A DNA stretch of 64,000 nt, from positions 1 through 64,000 of the IMG/VR virus record IMGVR_UViG_3300035670_000050; one strand, written 5' to 3'. Below the pieces are notes generated by a model that searched no databases, was not told the origin of the DNA, and saw only the letters and a program-made list of their open reading frames with translations. The position numbers and the translations under genes are program-made. The DNA is from an uncultured virus (IMG/VR IMGVR_UViG_3300035670_000050). Taxonomy: Duplodnaviria; Heunggongvirae; Uroviricota; Caudoviricetes. Within the stretch, counting starts at the first letter, position 1. Each line of letters starts with the position of its first letter. Positions 7,949 to 15,177 of the stretch are shown piece by piece.

Positions 7949-8036
7949 GGGTGGTGCCCCGGTCAGCGGTCTGTAAAACCGTCGGCATAATAAGATCGGA
8001 AGTTGCCTCGTGGAGCGTTACCATCACCACCCACCA
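7949..8036 (+). tRNA. atypical tRNA-Tyr(GUA)-like RNA (8/4 fold, vestigial D arm)
   Basis: 8-bp acceptor GGGTGGTG/CACCACCC; GCGGT-CT GTA AA-ACCGT arm; long variable region; ACCA end. Confidence 0.6.
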
Positions 8037-8125
8037 TATTGAAGCGCATTGACGAGTCCGACTAGGCATCGGAAACAGCAGCGGGTGTCTTCCGTATCTG
8101 CTTCGACCAGTGTGTTTCAATATGG
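8034..8125 (+). ncRNA. inverted-repeat clamp element 2
   Basis: CCATATTGAAGCGCATTG...CAGTGTGTTTCAATATGG. Confidence 0.65.
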
Positions 8126-8245
8126 TAGTAGGGCAGGTATGAAGCCGGTCATTGGTCCTCTGAGAGATTGGTGACTCTAGAGCAAGCCAACTACAAGGCC
8201 TTAATCCCGGTGCTCTGCAGTGGATCGCAACCACTCCTGCTACCA
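8124..8245 (+). ncRNA. tRNA-like RNA (acceptor stem + T arm, large insert)
   Basis: GGTAGTAGG/CCTGCTACC stem; AGTGG-ATCGCAA-CCACT T-like arm. Confidence 0.5.
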
Positions 8246-8247
8246 TA

Positions 8248-8326
8248 CCATACTGAAGTGCATTTGGGTGAAGCTCTGAAAGGCTATGCTCGAGTAGGGT
8301 AGTAGTCTAAGTGCGCTTCAATATGG
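8248..8326 (+). ncRNA. inverted-repeat clamp element 3
   Basis: CCATACTGAAGTGCATTT...AAGTGCGCTTCAATATGG. Confidence 0.65.
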
Positions 8327-8338
8327 TAAAGTTTATTT

Positions 8339-8424
8339 GGGCTTCTGGTGTTTGCTGGGGGCACGACTCTGAGTAGAGCAATCGAAAAGAGAAAGCGTTG
8401 GTTCGATTCCAACGAAGCCCACCA
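8339..8424 (+). ncRNA. tRNA-like RNA with aberrant anticodon arm
   Basis: GGGCTTC/GAAGCCC acceptor, D arm, canonical GTTCGATTC T arm, ACCA; no 7-nt anticodon loop. Confidence 0.6.
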
Positions 8425-8528
8425 TATTCAAGCACATTCTTAGTCGCCCGGCCCAGCCATTGGGGCTGCCAGCGGGGACCCGTAAGGGATACTAACAGAA
8501 AGTCTACAACGAGTGTGCTTGAATATGG
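8422..8528 (+). ncRNA. inverted-repeat clamp element 4
   Basis: CCATATTCAAGCACATT...AGTGTGCTTGAATATGG. Confidence 0.65.
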
Positions 8529-8674
8529 GAGTAAGTGGGGACCGAAAAGTCCTCGGGCTGATCCCAGAACACGAATACCTGAAGCGTGTATAAAGGCGGC
8601 GAGCCTTTGACGAAGACACAGGCGTGATTCGAGCGACAATGACGATACGATTGTGCTGGAGTCGTAACCAGCAA

Positions 8675-8782
8675 CCATATTGAAGCACACTAAGGCTAGA
8701 TGGCGCCGGCCTTGGGAGTGGACCTAGCATCGTCTTTCGGCGGTGTGGGCAGTTTCGATACTGTCAGTGTGCTTCAATATGG
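8675..8782 (+). ncRNA. inverted-repeat clamp element 5
   Basis: Perfect 17-bp IR CCATATTGAAGCACACT/AGTGTGCTTCAATATGG. Confidence 0.7.
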
Positions 8783-8941
8783 TTTGCTGACTGCTAGTAG
8801 ATGAAACGCCTAATGGCAAAGTAATCTAAGTTAGATGGTGTGTCAAGATGTTTCCCATTGACTCTCGACGATGGGAATGGCTGAATAGGTAGAGAGCAAT
8901 AAAGCCCGACACATTGGCCCGACGGACGGGAACAAGCAACA

Positions 8942-9004
8942 CCATATTCGAACACATTACTAAGAGTCCAGGTTCAGAGCGTGGCATAGTGTGTTTCAAT
9001 ATGG
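8942..9004 (+). ncRNA. inverted-repeat clamp element 6
   Basis: CCATATTCGAACACATTA...TAGTGTGTTTCAATATGG. Confidence 0.65.
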
Positions 9005-9078
9005 GGAGTTAGTTCAGTTGGGAGAACGCCTGCTTTGCAAGCAGGAGGTCATCGGTTCGAACCCGATACTCTCCACCA
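9003..9078 (+). tRNA. tRNA-Ala(UGC)
   Basis: G3.U70 pair, TGC anticodon, CCA. Confidence 0.95.
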
Positions 9079-9191
9079 AGATGCACAGCGTCGCTTTACG
9101 CTGTGGCAGAATGTGCCTCTCGATCCTAGGAACGATGCCTCTCAAACTGCGACTAGAGTCCTATTGCAAGTAGGACATAGCACCAAATTTT

Positions 9192-9266
9192 GGGCGTATA
9201 GCTTAGGGGTTAAAGCAGTAGACTTTTAATCTATTGACCGGAGTTCGATTCTCCGTGCGCCTACCA
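9192..9266 (+). tRNA. tRNA-Lys(UUU)
   Basis: Cloverleaf, CCA. Confidence 0.92.
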
Positions 9267-9273
9267 GTTTTAT

Positions 9274-9348
9274 GGTTCCATAGTATATCGGCGAGTATAG
9301 CGCCCTGTCACGGCGCAGGAACGAGTTCGAATCTCGTTGGGACCGCCA
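9274..9348 (+). tRNA. tRNA-Asp(GUC)
   Basis: Cloverleaf, G73, CCA. Confidence 0.92.
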
Positions 9349-9353
9349 AGTTT

Positions 9354-9427
9354 TGCGGGTTAGAGAAATAGTATCTCGGTAGTCTCATAAGCTACAGTTA
9401 GTCGTGCAATTCGGCTACCCGCTACCA
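9354..9427 (+). tRNA. tRNA-Met(CAU), initiator-like, divergent
   Basis: CAT anticodon, 1x72 mismatch, atypical T loop. Confidence 0.7.
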
Positions 9428-9622
9428 AACGTGCCGTCTAATCAACGGCTAGTGTGGTCCGCATGTCGAGAAGTGGTGTGATACCCACAGGACCTTACCA
9501 TTTGGAGCAAATGGCGCTGGCAATGCGAGAATTCTCTTTGGTCGTGAAGTGGGTGGAAGGTGTCGTTGAAGGGTTCGAAACTGGAGACACTATAATTACC
9601 ACCGCAGAGAGGAAGCACCTGT

Positions 9623-9697
9623 TCCAGAGTAGATCAGCGGTAGATCAGCGGACTGTTAATCCGTGTGTCGTAGGTTCGATCCCTACCTCTGGAGCCA
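9623..9697 (+). tRNA. tRNA-Asn(GUU)
   Basis: Cloverleaf, CCA. Confidence 0.92.
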
Positions 9698-9866
9698 TTA
9701 GTGAGAGTCTGTAGAACGAAGTGCCTAACCAGCAGCCAGACTATCGTGGTAGTACTCATCTTTGCATGAATCCACGCCGTTGGTGCGAGACTTGTGGTGA
9801 GTCTAAGGGATGCAGAGAGGACTGAAAAGTGTCCTTAAACAGATATGATAGTACTCTCACTAATGG
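9695..9866 (+). ncRNA. unknown structured RNA closed by a 14-bp stem
   Basis: CCATTAGTGAGAGT...ACTCTCACTAATGG between two tRNAs. Confidence 0.55.
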
Positions 9867-9941
9867 CGATGTAGCATAGCGGTCAAATGCAGTTCCTTCA
9901 TACGGAAAAGATCGAAGGCTCGAATCCTTCCATCGCCACCA
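9865..9941 (+). tRNA. tRNA-Met(CAU), elongator
   Basis: Cloverleaf, CAT anticodon, CCA. Confidence 0.85.
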
Positions 9942-9946
9942 GTTTT

Positions 9947-10021
9947 GCCCCTGTAGCTCAGTGGTAGAGTTCTCGCCTTGTAAGCGAGCGGTCGGGAGTT
10001 CAAATCTCTCCGGGGGCACCA
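9947..10021 (+). tRNA. tRNA-Thr(UGU)
   Basis: Cloverleaf, CCA. Confidence 0.92.
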
Positions 10022-10030
10022 AAGTTTCGT

Positions 10031-10107
10031 CTGGGTATAGCACAGCCAGGTAGTGCGCCTGCTTTGGGAGCAGGAGGTCGGGAGTTCGATCCTCTCTACC
10101 CAGACCA
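10031..10107 (+). tRNA. tRNA-Pro(UGG)
   Basis: Cloverleaf, CCA. Confidence 0.92.
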
Positions 10108-10114
10108 TAATTAT

Positions 10115-10189
10115 ACCACCTTAGTGTACTGAATAGCACGCAATGCTACGGACATTGTAGAAAGGGTTTGATTCCTTTAGGTGGTGCCA
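10115..10189 (+). tRNA. tRNA-Arg(ACG)
   Basis: CAATG-CT ACG GA-CATTG arm, CCA. Confidence 0.85.
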
Positions 10190-10191
10190 AT

Positions 10192-10265
10192 CCTTCCTTA
10201 GCTCAATGGCAGAGCAAGCGGTTGATAACCGCTAGACGGTGGATCGTAACCATCAGGAAGGACCA
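10192..10265 (+). tRNA. tRNA-Ile(GAU)
   Basis: Cloverleaf, variant T loop ATCGTAA, CCA. Confidence 0.85.
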
Positions 10266-10282
10266 TTATAAGTAGTTTTAAT

Positions 10283-10356
10283 CTCGGTGTCGTATAAAGG
10301 CATTACGCTGGTCTCCAAAACCAGTCATGGCAGTTCGATTCTGTCCACCGAGGCCA
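10283..10356 (+). tRNA. tRNA-Trp(CCA)
   Basis: Cloverleaf, CCA. Confidence 0.9.
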
Positions 10357-10370
10357 ATTAAGGAGATATC

Positions 10371-10838
10371 ATGTTCAAGATAAATTTACAAGAAGTGAAA
10401 GATTACATCTCAAGACAATCGCCAGAAACAAAAATTTATCTTGGATGTGATTCTGAAAGATTAAGAGTGAATGAAGTGTGGCATGCTGACTATATAATTG
10501 CTATAGTTGTTCACAAAGATGGAAAACACGGTTGCAAACTTTTTGGTGAAGTTGTTCGTGAAAGAGACTATGACCAAAAAGAAGATCGTCCGAGATACCG
10601 TTTGATGAATGAAGTATACAAGGTATCTGAAATGTATTTAAAGTTGGCTGATGTTCTGGAAGGTCGTGATGTAGAAGTCCACCTTGATATCAACCCAAGT
10701 GAAATGCATGGTTCAAATTGCGTGATCAATGAAGCAATTGGTTATATTCGTGGAACTTGTAATGTAATTCCTATGGTAAAACCAAGAGCGTTTGCGGCAT
10801 CATACGCTGCAGATCGTTACAAAAGTTTAGCTGCTTAA
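10371..10838 (+). CDS. RNase H-like YkuK-family protein
   Basis: IYLGCDS...RLMNEV...EVHLDIN...A(S)YAAD motifs. Confidence 0.75.
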   Translation: MFKINLQEVKDYISRQSPETKIYLGCDSERLRVNEVWHADYIIAIVVHKDGKHGCKLFGEVVRERDYDQKEDRPRYRLMNEVYKVSEMYLKLADVLEGRDVEVHLDINPSEMHGSNCVINEAIGYIRGTCNVIPMVKPRAFAASYAADRYKSLAA

Positions 10839-10847
10839 GGAGAAAAT

Positions 10848-11156
10848 ATGATTAAGAAAATGTTACAAAAACTTGGCATGTCAGTAGAAGGTGATATGCT
10901 CGGATCAATCACAGAGTTTGCTGGAACTAGAGGTGTTCGTACTTGGGCACCTTGTAGTGGTCAAATCATGCAAGTAAAAGGAAACGAAGCACTCTTTTCC
11001 ATTATTGGTACAAAGTATGGCGGTGATGGTAGAACGACATTTGCGCTACCTGATCTAAGGCCTCTTGATAAGAATGGTAAAGTAATTGAATGGAGAGATT
11101 ATTCTGGTCCGATGAAAATGATTTGTATTCAAGGCGGTTATCCACCTTGGGATTAA
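10848..11156 (+). CDS. phage tail collar domain protein
   Basis: GSITEFAG...CSGQ...ALFSIIGTKYGGDGRTTFALPDLR. Confidence 0.85.
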   Translation: MIKKMLQKLGMSVEGDMLGSITEFAGTRGVRTWAPCSGQIMQVKGNEALFSIIGTKYGGDGRTTFALPDLRPLDKNGKVIEWRDYSGPMKMICIQGGYPPWD

Positions 11157-11161
11157 AATAA

Positions 11162-11235
11162 GCGGCTGTAGTTTAATGGTAAAACCACTGCCTTCCAAGC
11201 AGAAGTTAAGAGTTCGATTCTCTTTAGCCGCTCCA
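11162..11235 (+). tRNA. tRNA-Gly(UCC)
   Basis: Cloverleaf, U73, CCA. Confidence 0.92.
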
Positions 11236-11244
11236 AATGCTCTT

Positions 11245-11320
11245 GGTGTCCTTAGTGTAGTGGTCTGCACTTCTTGCTGTGAACGAGAGAGTATGAGTTC
11301 GATCCTCATAGGACACCCCA
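11245..11320 (+). tRNA. tRNA-His(GUG)
   Basis: G-1:C73 pair, GTG anticodon, CCA. Confidence 0.88.
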
Positions 11321-11321
11321 C

Positions 11322-11396
11322 GCATCGTTAGCTCAATAGTAGAGCGTCTGCCTTACAAGCAGAGGGTAGAGGGAGCGTAACCTTCACGGTGCACCA
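11322..11396 (+). tRNA. tRNA-Val(UAC)
   Basis: Cloverleaf, variant T loop AGCGTAA, CCA. Confidence 0.85.
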
Positions 11397-11397
11397 T

Positions 11398-11473
11398 GCG
11401 ACTTTAGCTGATGTGGTCATAGCAGTGGCCTGAAGAGCCATGGAAAGAGGTTCGATTCCTCTAGGTCGCACCA
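11398..11473 (+). tRNA. tRNA-Phe(GAA)
   Basis: Cloverleaf, CCA. Confidence 0.9.
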
Positions 11474-11475
11474 AT

Positions 11476-11552
11476 GCCTCGGTGATGAAATTGGTAAACA
11501 TGCTTGCCTTAGAAGCAAGATTCTGAGAGTTCGAATCTCTCCTGAGGCACCA
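11476..11552 (+). tRNA. tRNA-Leu(UAG) lacking the long variable arm
   Basis: Leu-type D arm, TAG anticodon, short variable loop. Confidence 0.85.
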
Positions 11553-11597
11553 ATATTACCTGTAAACAACACAAATTTATGTTATAATGTTTTTATT

Positions 11598-11680
11598 GCG
11601 AGTGTGGTGGAACGGTATACACAGCAGACTTAAAATTTGCCGCCTCTGGATTGAGGGTTCGAATCCCTCCACTCGCACCA
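11598..11680 (+). tRNA. tRNA-Leu(UAA)
   Basis: Class II cloverleaf, CCA; TGnTATAAT at 11580-11588 upstream. Confidence 0.92.
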
Positions 11681-11685
11681 AATAT

Positions 11686-11760
11686 ACCACTGTCGTTCAA
11701 CGGATAGGACATGGGTCTTCTAAACCTAGAATAGGGGTTCGATTCCTCTCAGTGGTGCCA
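11686..11760 (+). tRNA. tRNA-Arg(UCU)
   Basis: Cloverleaf, CCA. Confidence 0.9.
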
Positions 11761-11771
11761 TAAATACTTAT

Positions 11772-12164
11772 ATGAAGAAAATTATTGTAAACGGTACATT
11801 TGATATATTACATGTTGGTCATTTAGAGCTCCTAAACTTTGCGAGAAGTTTGGGAGATTTTCTTTTGGTTTGCATCGATACGGATCGTCGAGTGAAAGAA
11901 CTAAAGGGTTCTGAAAGACCAATAAATAATCAGTATGAAAGAAAAATGATGTTGGAAAACCTCAAGGCTGTAGATGAGGTAAGATTGTTTGATAGTAAAG
12001 AAGAATTGATTGACTTCATCAAAGAATGTGATATAATGGTGAAAGGTTCTGATTATAGAGGTAAGAGTATTACAGGTGAAAAATATTGTAAACAGGTGAT
12101 TTATTTTGATCGAATTGAAGAATATTCCACAACAAAAAAAATTCAAGATATTATTAGTCGGTGA
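11772..12164 (+). CDS. hldC: heptose-1-phosphate adenylyltransferase (RfaE domain II/HldC-like)
   Basis: NGTFDILHVGH (HxGH), KGxxRPIN, KGSDY, YSTT. Confidence 0.85.
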   Translation: MKKIIVNGTFDILHVGHLELLNFARSLGDFLLVCIDTDRRVKELKGSERPINNQYERKMMLENLKAVDEVRLFDSKEELIDFIKECDIMVKGSDYRGKSITGEKYCKQVIYFDRIEEYSTTKKIQDIISR

Positions 12165-12864
12165 TACTTGTATTGATATCTATCAGTACGGTAATGTCAC
12201 TAAACTAAGTCCTGAAGCTCCAGTACCAATTTTTGTTCCAGAAAAACAAGAATTAAAATTAGGTATGGCTTCTAATGTTGGCAATAATCTATTGGCATTG
12301 AATTGTGATGTCGATATGGTAGTTGGCGCACTTTCTAAGAAAACAAGACTCATTGATCTCAAAAGTAATCAGCACCTTTTACGCATAGATGAAGATGTTG
12401 AATCAAAAGAACTTACTTTAAACTTGAAAGATAAAAAATATGACGCCATTGTGTTTTCTGACTACAACAAGGGATGTGTTTCTTATGGACTTATCGAACA
12501 GACAAGACAAGAACAAACTTGCCCAATATTCATTGATACTAAAAAGACAGAACTTTCTAGATTCGAAGGCTGTTTTGTTAAAATCAACAGCAGAGAATAT
12601 CAACAGGCAAAGTCATATTGTTCTGACTTGATTGTTACTCTTGGTGACAAAGGTGCTACATATAAAAACAAATTCTTTAGTGCAAAGCCTGTAGAAGTGT
12701 CTGATGTATGTGGTGCAGGTGATACTTTTCTTGCAGCATTGGTATATAACTATCTGCTAACAAATCATGTAGGTTCTGCAATAGAGTTTGCAAACAAAGC
12801 ATCATCAATTACTGTTCAACATATGGGTGTGTATGCACCGACATTGGATGAGATATGCGATTAG
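12106..12864 (+). CDS. hldA: heptose-7-phosphate kinase (RfaE domain I/HldA-like, PfkB family)
   Basis: LSPEAPVP, SDYNKG, DVCGAGDTF. Confidence 0.88.
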   Translation: MIELKNIPQQKKFKILLVGDTCIDIYQYGNVTKLSPEAPVPIFVPEKQELKLGMASNVGNNLLALNCDVDMVVGALSKKTRLIDLKSNQHLLRIDEDVESKELTLNLKDKKYDAIVFSDYNKGCVSYGLIEQTRQEQTCPIFIDTKKTELSRFEGCFVKINSREYQQAKSYCSDLIVTLGDKGATYKNKFFSAKPVEVSDVCGAGDTFLAALVYNYLLTNHVGSAIEFANKASSITVQHMGVYAPTLDEICD

Positions 12865-13211
12865 AAGGTAAAGTAGAAAAAGGTTGGGGATTAGAAGAAA
12901 TTTGGGTTACTAACGACCACTATTGTAGTAAGTTTATGCATTTCAAGAAAGCTGCTAAATTCTCAATGCATTTTCATAAAGAAAAGATTGAGACTTGGTA
13001 TGTGATGAGTGGTGAATTTGTTGTTCGTTGGATCAATACTGAGAACGCAAAGGTTGAAGAAAAAGTTCTACAGAAAGGTGATGTATGGCATAACGATCCA
13101 CTTTTTCCACATCAAGTCGTTTGTTATAAAGAAGGAACAATTCTAGAAGTGTCTACTCCTGATTCCGTTGAAGATAACTATAGAGTTTTGCCAGGAGATT
13201 CACAGAAATGA
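12855..13211 (+). CDS. cupin (sugar isomerase-like)
   Basis: KGWG...SMHFHKEKxETWYV...EVSTPDSVED. Confidence 0.8.
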   Translation: MRLEGKVEKGWGLEEIWVTNDHYCSKFMHFKKAAKFSMHFHKEKIETWYVMSGEFVVRWINTENAKVEEKVLQKGDVWHNDPLFPHQVVCYKEGTILEVSTPDSVEDNYRVLPGDSQK

Positions 13212-13969
13212 AAATACTAATTACAGGACACAAAGGTTTTATTGGATCACACCTATTAAACAGACTTAAAGACAAGCATGATGTTGTTACTTATGAATGG
13301 GGAAGAGAATTTCCCGATATCACTAAGGTTGAATGGGTAATTCATGTTGGTGGTATTAGTTCTACTACTGAAAAAGATGTAGACAAGATATTCAGACAAA
13401 ATTACGATTTCTCAGTAGCACTTTATGATCTATGTAAGTTATCTGGTAAAAAATTTCAGTTTGCAAGCTCAGCATCTGTCTATGGGTTAAATACTGAGTT
13501 TACTGAAGAATCACCTGTTGATCCTAGAACACCTTATTCGTGGTCTAAATATATGTTTGAGCGTTATGTAAAAAATAATCCATCAAAGCATACCACACAA
13601 ATTTTTCGTTATTTTAATGTGTACGGTTCTAATGAAGAACACAAAGGTTCCCAAGCAAGTCCTTTTACACAATTTAAGATTCAGCATGAAAAGTTAGGCT
13701 ATGTGAAAGTATTTAAAGATAGTGAAAATTATAAAAGAGACTTTATTCATGTTGATCAAATTGTAGACTTCCATGAAAAATTTCTAGATGTACAAGAATC
13801 TGGTATATGGAATCTTGGCACTGGCACCACTATGAGTTTTTTGGATGTTGCTAAACTATACACAAATGATATACGAGAAATTGAAATGCCTGAAAATTTA
13901 AAATGTTCATATCAGAAATACACTTGTGCTGATATGACAAAAACTAATTTGACTTTGGAGAAACTTTGA
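13208..13969 (+). CDS. hldD: ADP-L-glycero-D-manno-heptose 6-epimerase-like SDR
   Basis: TGHKGFIG, SSTTE, ASSASVYG, YSWSK, RYFNVYGxxExHKGxQAS. Confidence 0.85.
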   Translation: MKILITGHKGFIGSHLLNRLKDKHDVVTYEWGREFPDITKVEWVIHVGGISSTTEKDVDKIFRQNYDFSVALYDLCKLSGKKFQFASSASVYGLNTEFTEESPVDPRTPYSWSKYMFERYVKNNPSKHTTQIFRYFNVYGSNEEHKGSQASPFTQFKIQHEKLGYVKVFKDSENYKRDFIHVDQIVDFHEKFLDVQESGIWNLGTGTTMSFLDVAKLYTNDIREIEMPENLKCSYQKYTCADMTKTNLTLEKL

Positions 13970-15177
13970 AATATTCCATAATTATTCCAACATATGACTA
14001 TTGTAATGAATTTTTAATTCCATGTGTTGAGTCTATTATTCGTCATACATCTGTAGAAAACATAGAACTTATTATTTCTGCTAATGGATGCAAAGATAAT
14101 ACTGAATTATTTCTACAAGACTTAAAAACATTCTTCACAGAAAGAAATTTGCCAAATAACTTTAAAACTGTTTGGTTCAATGAAGCAATTGGTTATCCTA
14201 AAGCTATAAATGAAGGGATAAAAATCTCGACTGGCGAAAAAATTATTTTATTGAATAATGATTGTGTACTTCTAGATCAAATCAAAGATTATTGGTTAAA
14301 GATGTTAGAACAACCATTTTTAGAAAATGAAAGAGTTGGCATTACTGGTCCTTTGCTGTTGACTGATAAGCACTTGAAGAAAGATTTACTTTTTTTCTTT
14401 TGTGTGATGATAGATAGAAAAGTCATTGATAAAATTGGTCTACTAGATGAAGTTTTTTCTCCAGGCAATTGTGAAGACATAGATTATTGTCTTCGAGCTT
14501 TAAATAGTGGGTTTGAATTAAAACAAGCTGGAAATTGGGAAAATACAAAAACTGGATATAATGGTACAGTTCCAATCTTTCACAAATCTAGTCAGACTTT
14601 TCTAACAAAAGTGCCAACTTACAAAGATGTGTTGAATCGTAATAAAATTATAATTTATGATCGTCATCTCAAAAATGCAAAATTAAATTTAGGTTCTGGT
14701 CCTCTTCCTTATGACAATTACTTGAATATTGACTTGTATGATGAAAGAGCTGATCTCAAAATGGATATAACAAAGTTAGATTTCAGTGACAATTATGCAG
14801 ATGAAATTTTAGCATCACATGTTTTTGAACATATCAGTCCATTTAAAATAATGAAAACACTTGTTGAGTGGAAAAGAGTATTAAAACCTAATGGCAAATT
14901 AATTATGGAGATGCCAAATATTGAAGAATTATGTAGGCAATTCATAAACACCAATGATAAGATGGTGCGTTACAGATTGTTGACTTCTATCTATGGTACA
15001 GTAAATACTAGACATTCAGGTGATCCTGAAGAGATCACTAGCCCACATCTTTTTGGATGGTATCCAGAAATAGTGTATGACCATTTAGCTGGTGCTGGTT
15101 TTAGAGAAATAAAGTTTATGCAAGAACAAATTCTTGGCCATGATGGACCTAATTTTAGGGTGGAAGCAATCAAATGA
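13966..15177 (+). CDS. GT2 glycosyltransferase fused to SAM methyltransferase
   Basis: N-terminal GT-A fold (SIIIPT, LLNND, EDIDY); C-terminal LNLGSG...ASHVFEH...RVLKPNG. Confidence 0.85.
   Translation: MKYSIIIPTYDYCNEFLIPCVESIIRHTSVENIELIISANGCKDNTELFLQDLKTFFTERNLPNNFKTVWFNEAIGYPKAINEGIKISTGEKIILLNNDCVLLDQIKDYWLKMLEQPFLENERVGITGPLLLTDKHLKKDLLFFFCVMIDRKVIDKIGLLDEVFSPGNCEDIDYCLRALNSGFELKQAGNWENTKTGYNGTVPIFHKSSQTFLTKVPTYKDVLNRNKIIIYDRHLKNAKLNLGSGPLPYDNYLNIDLYDERADLKMDITKLDFSDNYADEILASHVFEHISPFKIMKTLVEWKRVLKPNGKLIMEMPNIEELCRQFINTNDKMVRYRLLTSIYGTVNTRHSGDPEEITSPHLFGWYPEIVYDHLAGAGFREIKFMQEQILGHDGPNFRVEAIK

Noticed and set aside
7418..9004. CRISPR or MITE interpretation of the clamp repeats
   Set aside because: Repeats alternate in orientation, interiors are unrelated and vary in length, and there are no target-site duplications, cas operon or transposase.
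7266..10139. ORF-track ORFs overlapping the tRNA array on both strands
   Set aside because: They are explained by GC-rich tRNA and ncRNA genes; no RBS or protein-like composition.
11476..11680. Suppressor tRNAs or stop-codon recoding suggested by TAG/TAA anticodon text
   Set aside because: These are Leu anticodons (reading CUA and UUA). Long genes are intact in the standard code, and TAA, TAG and TGA all end genes.
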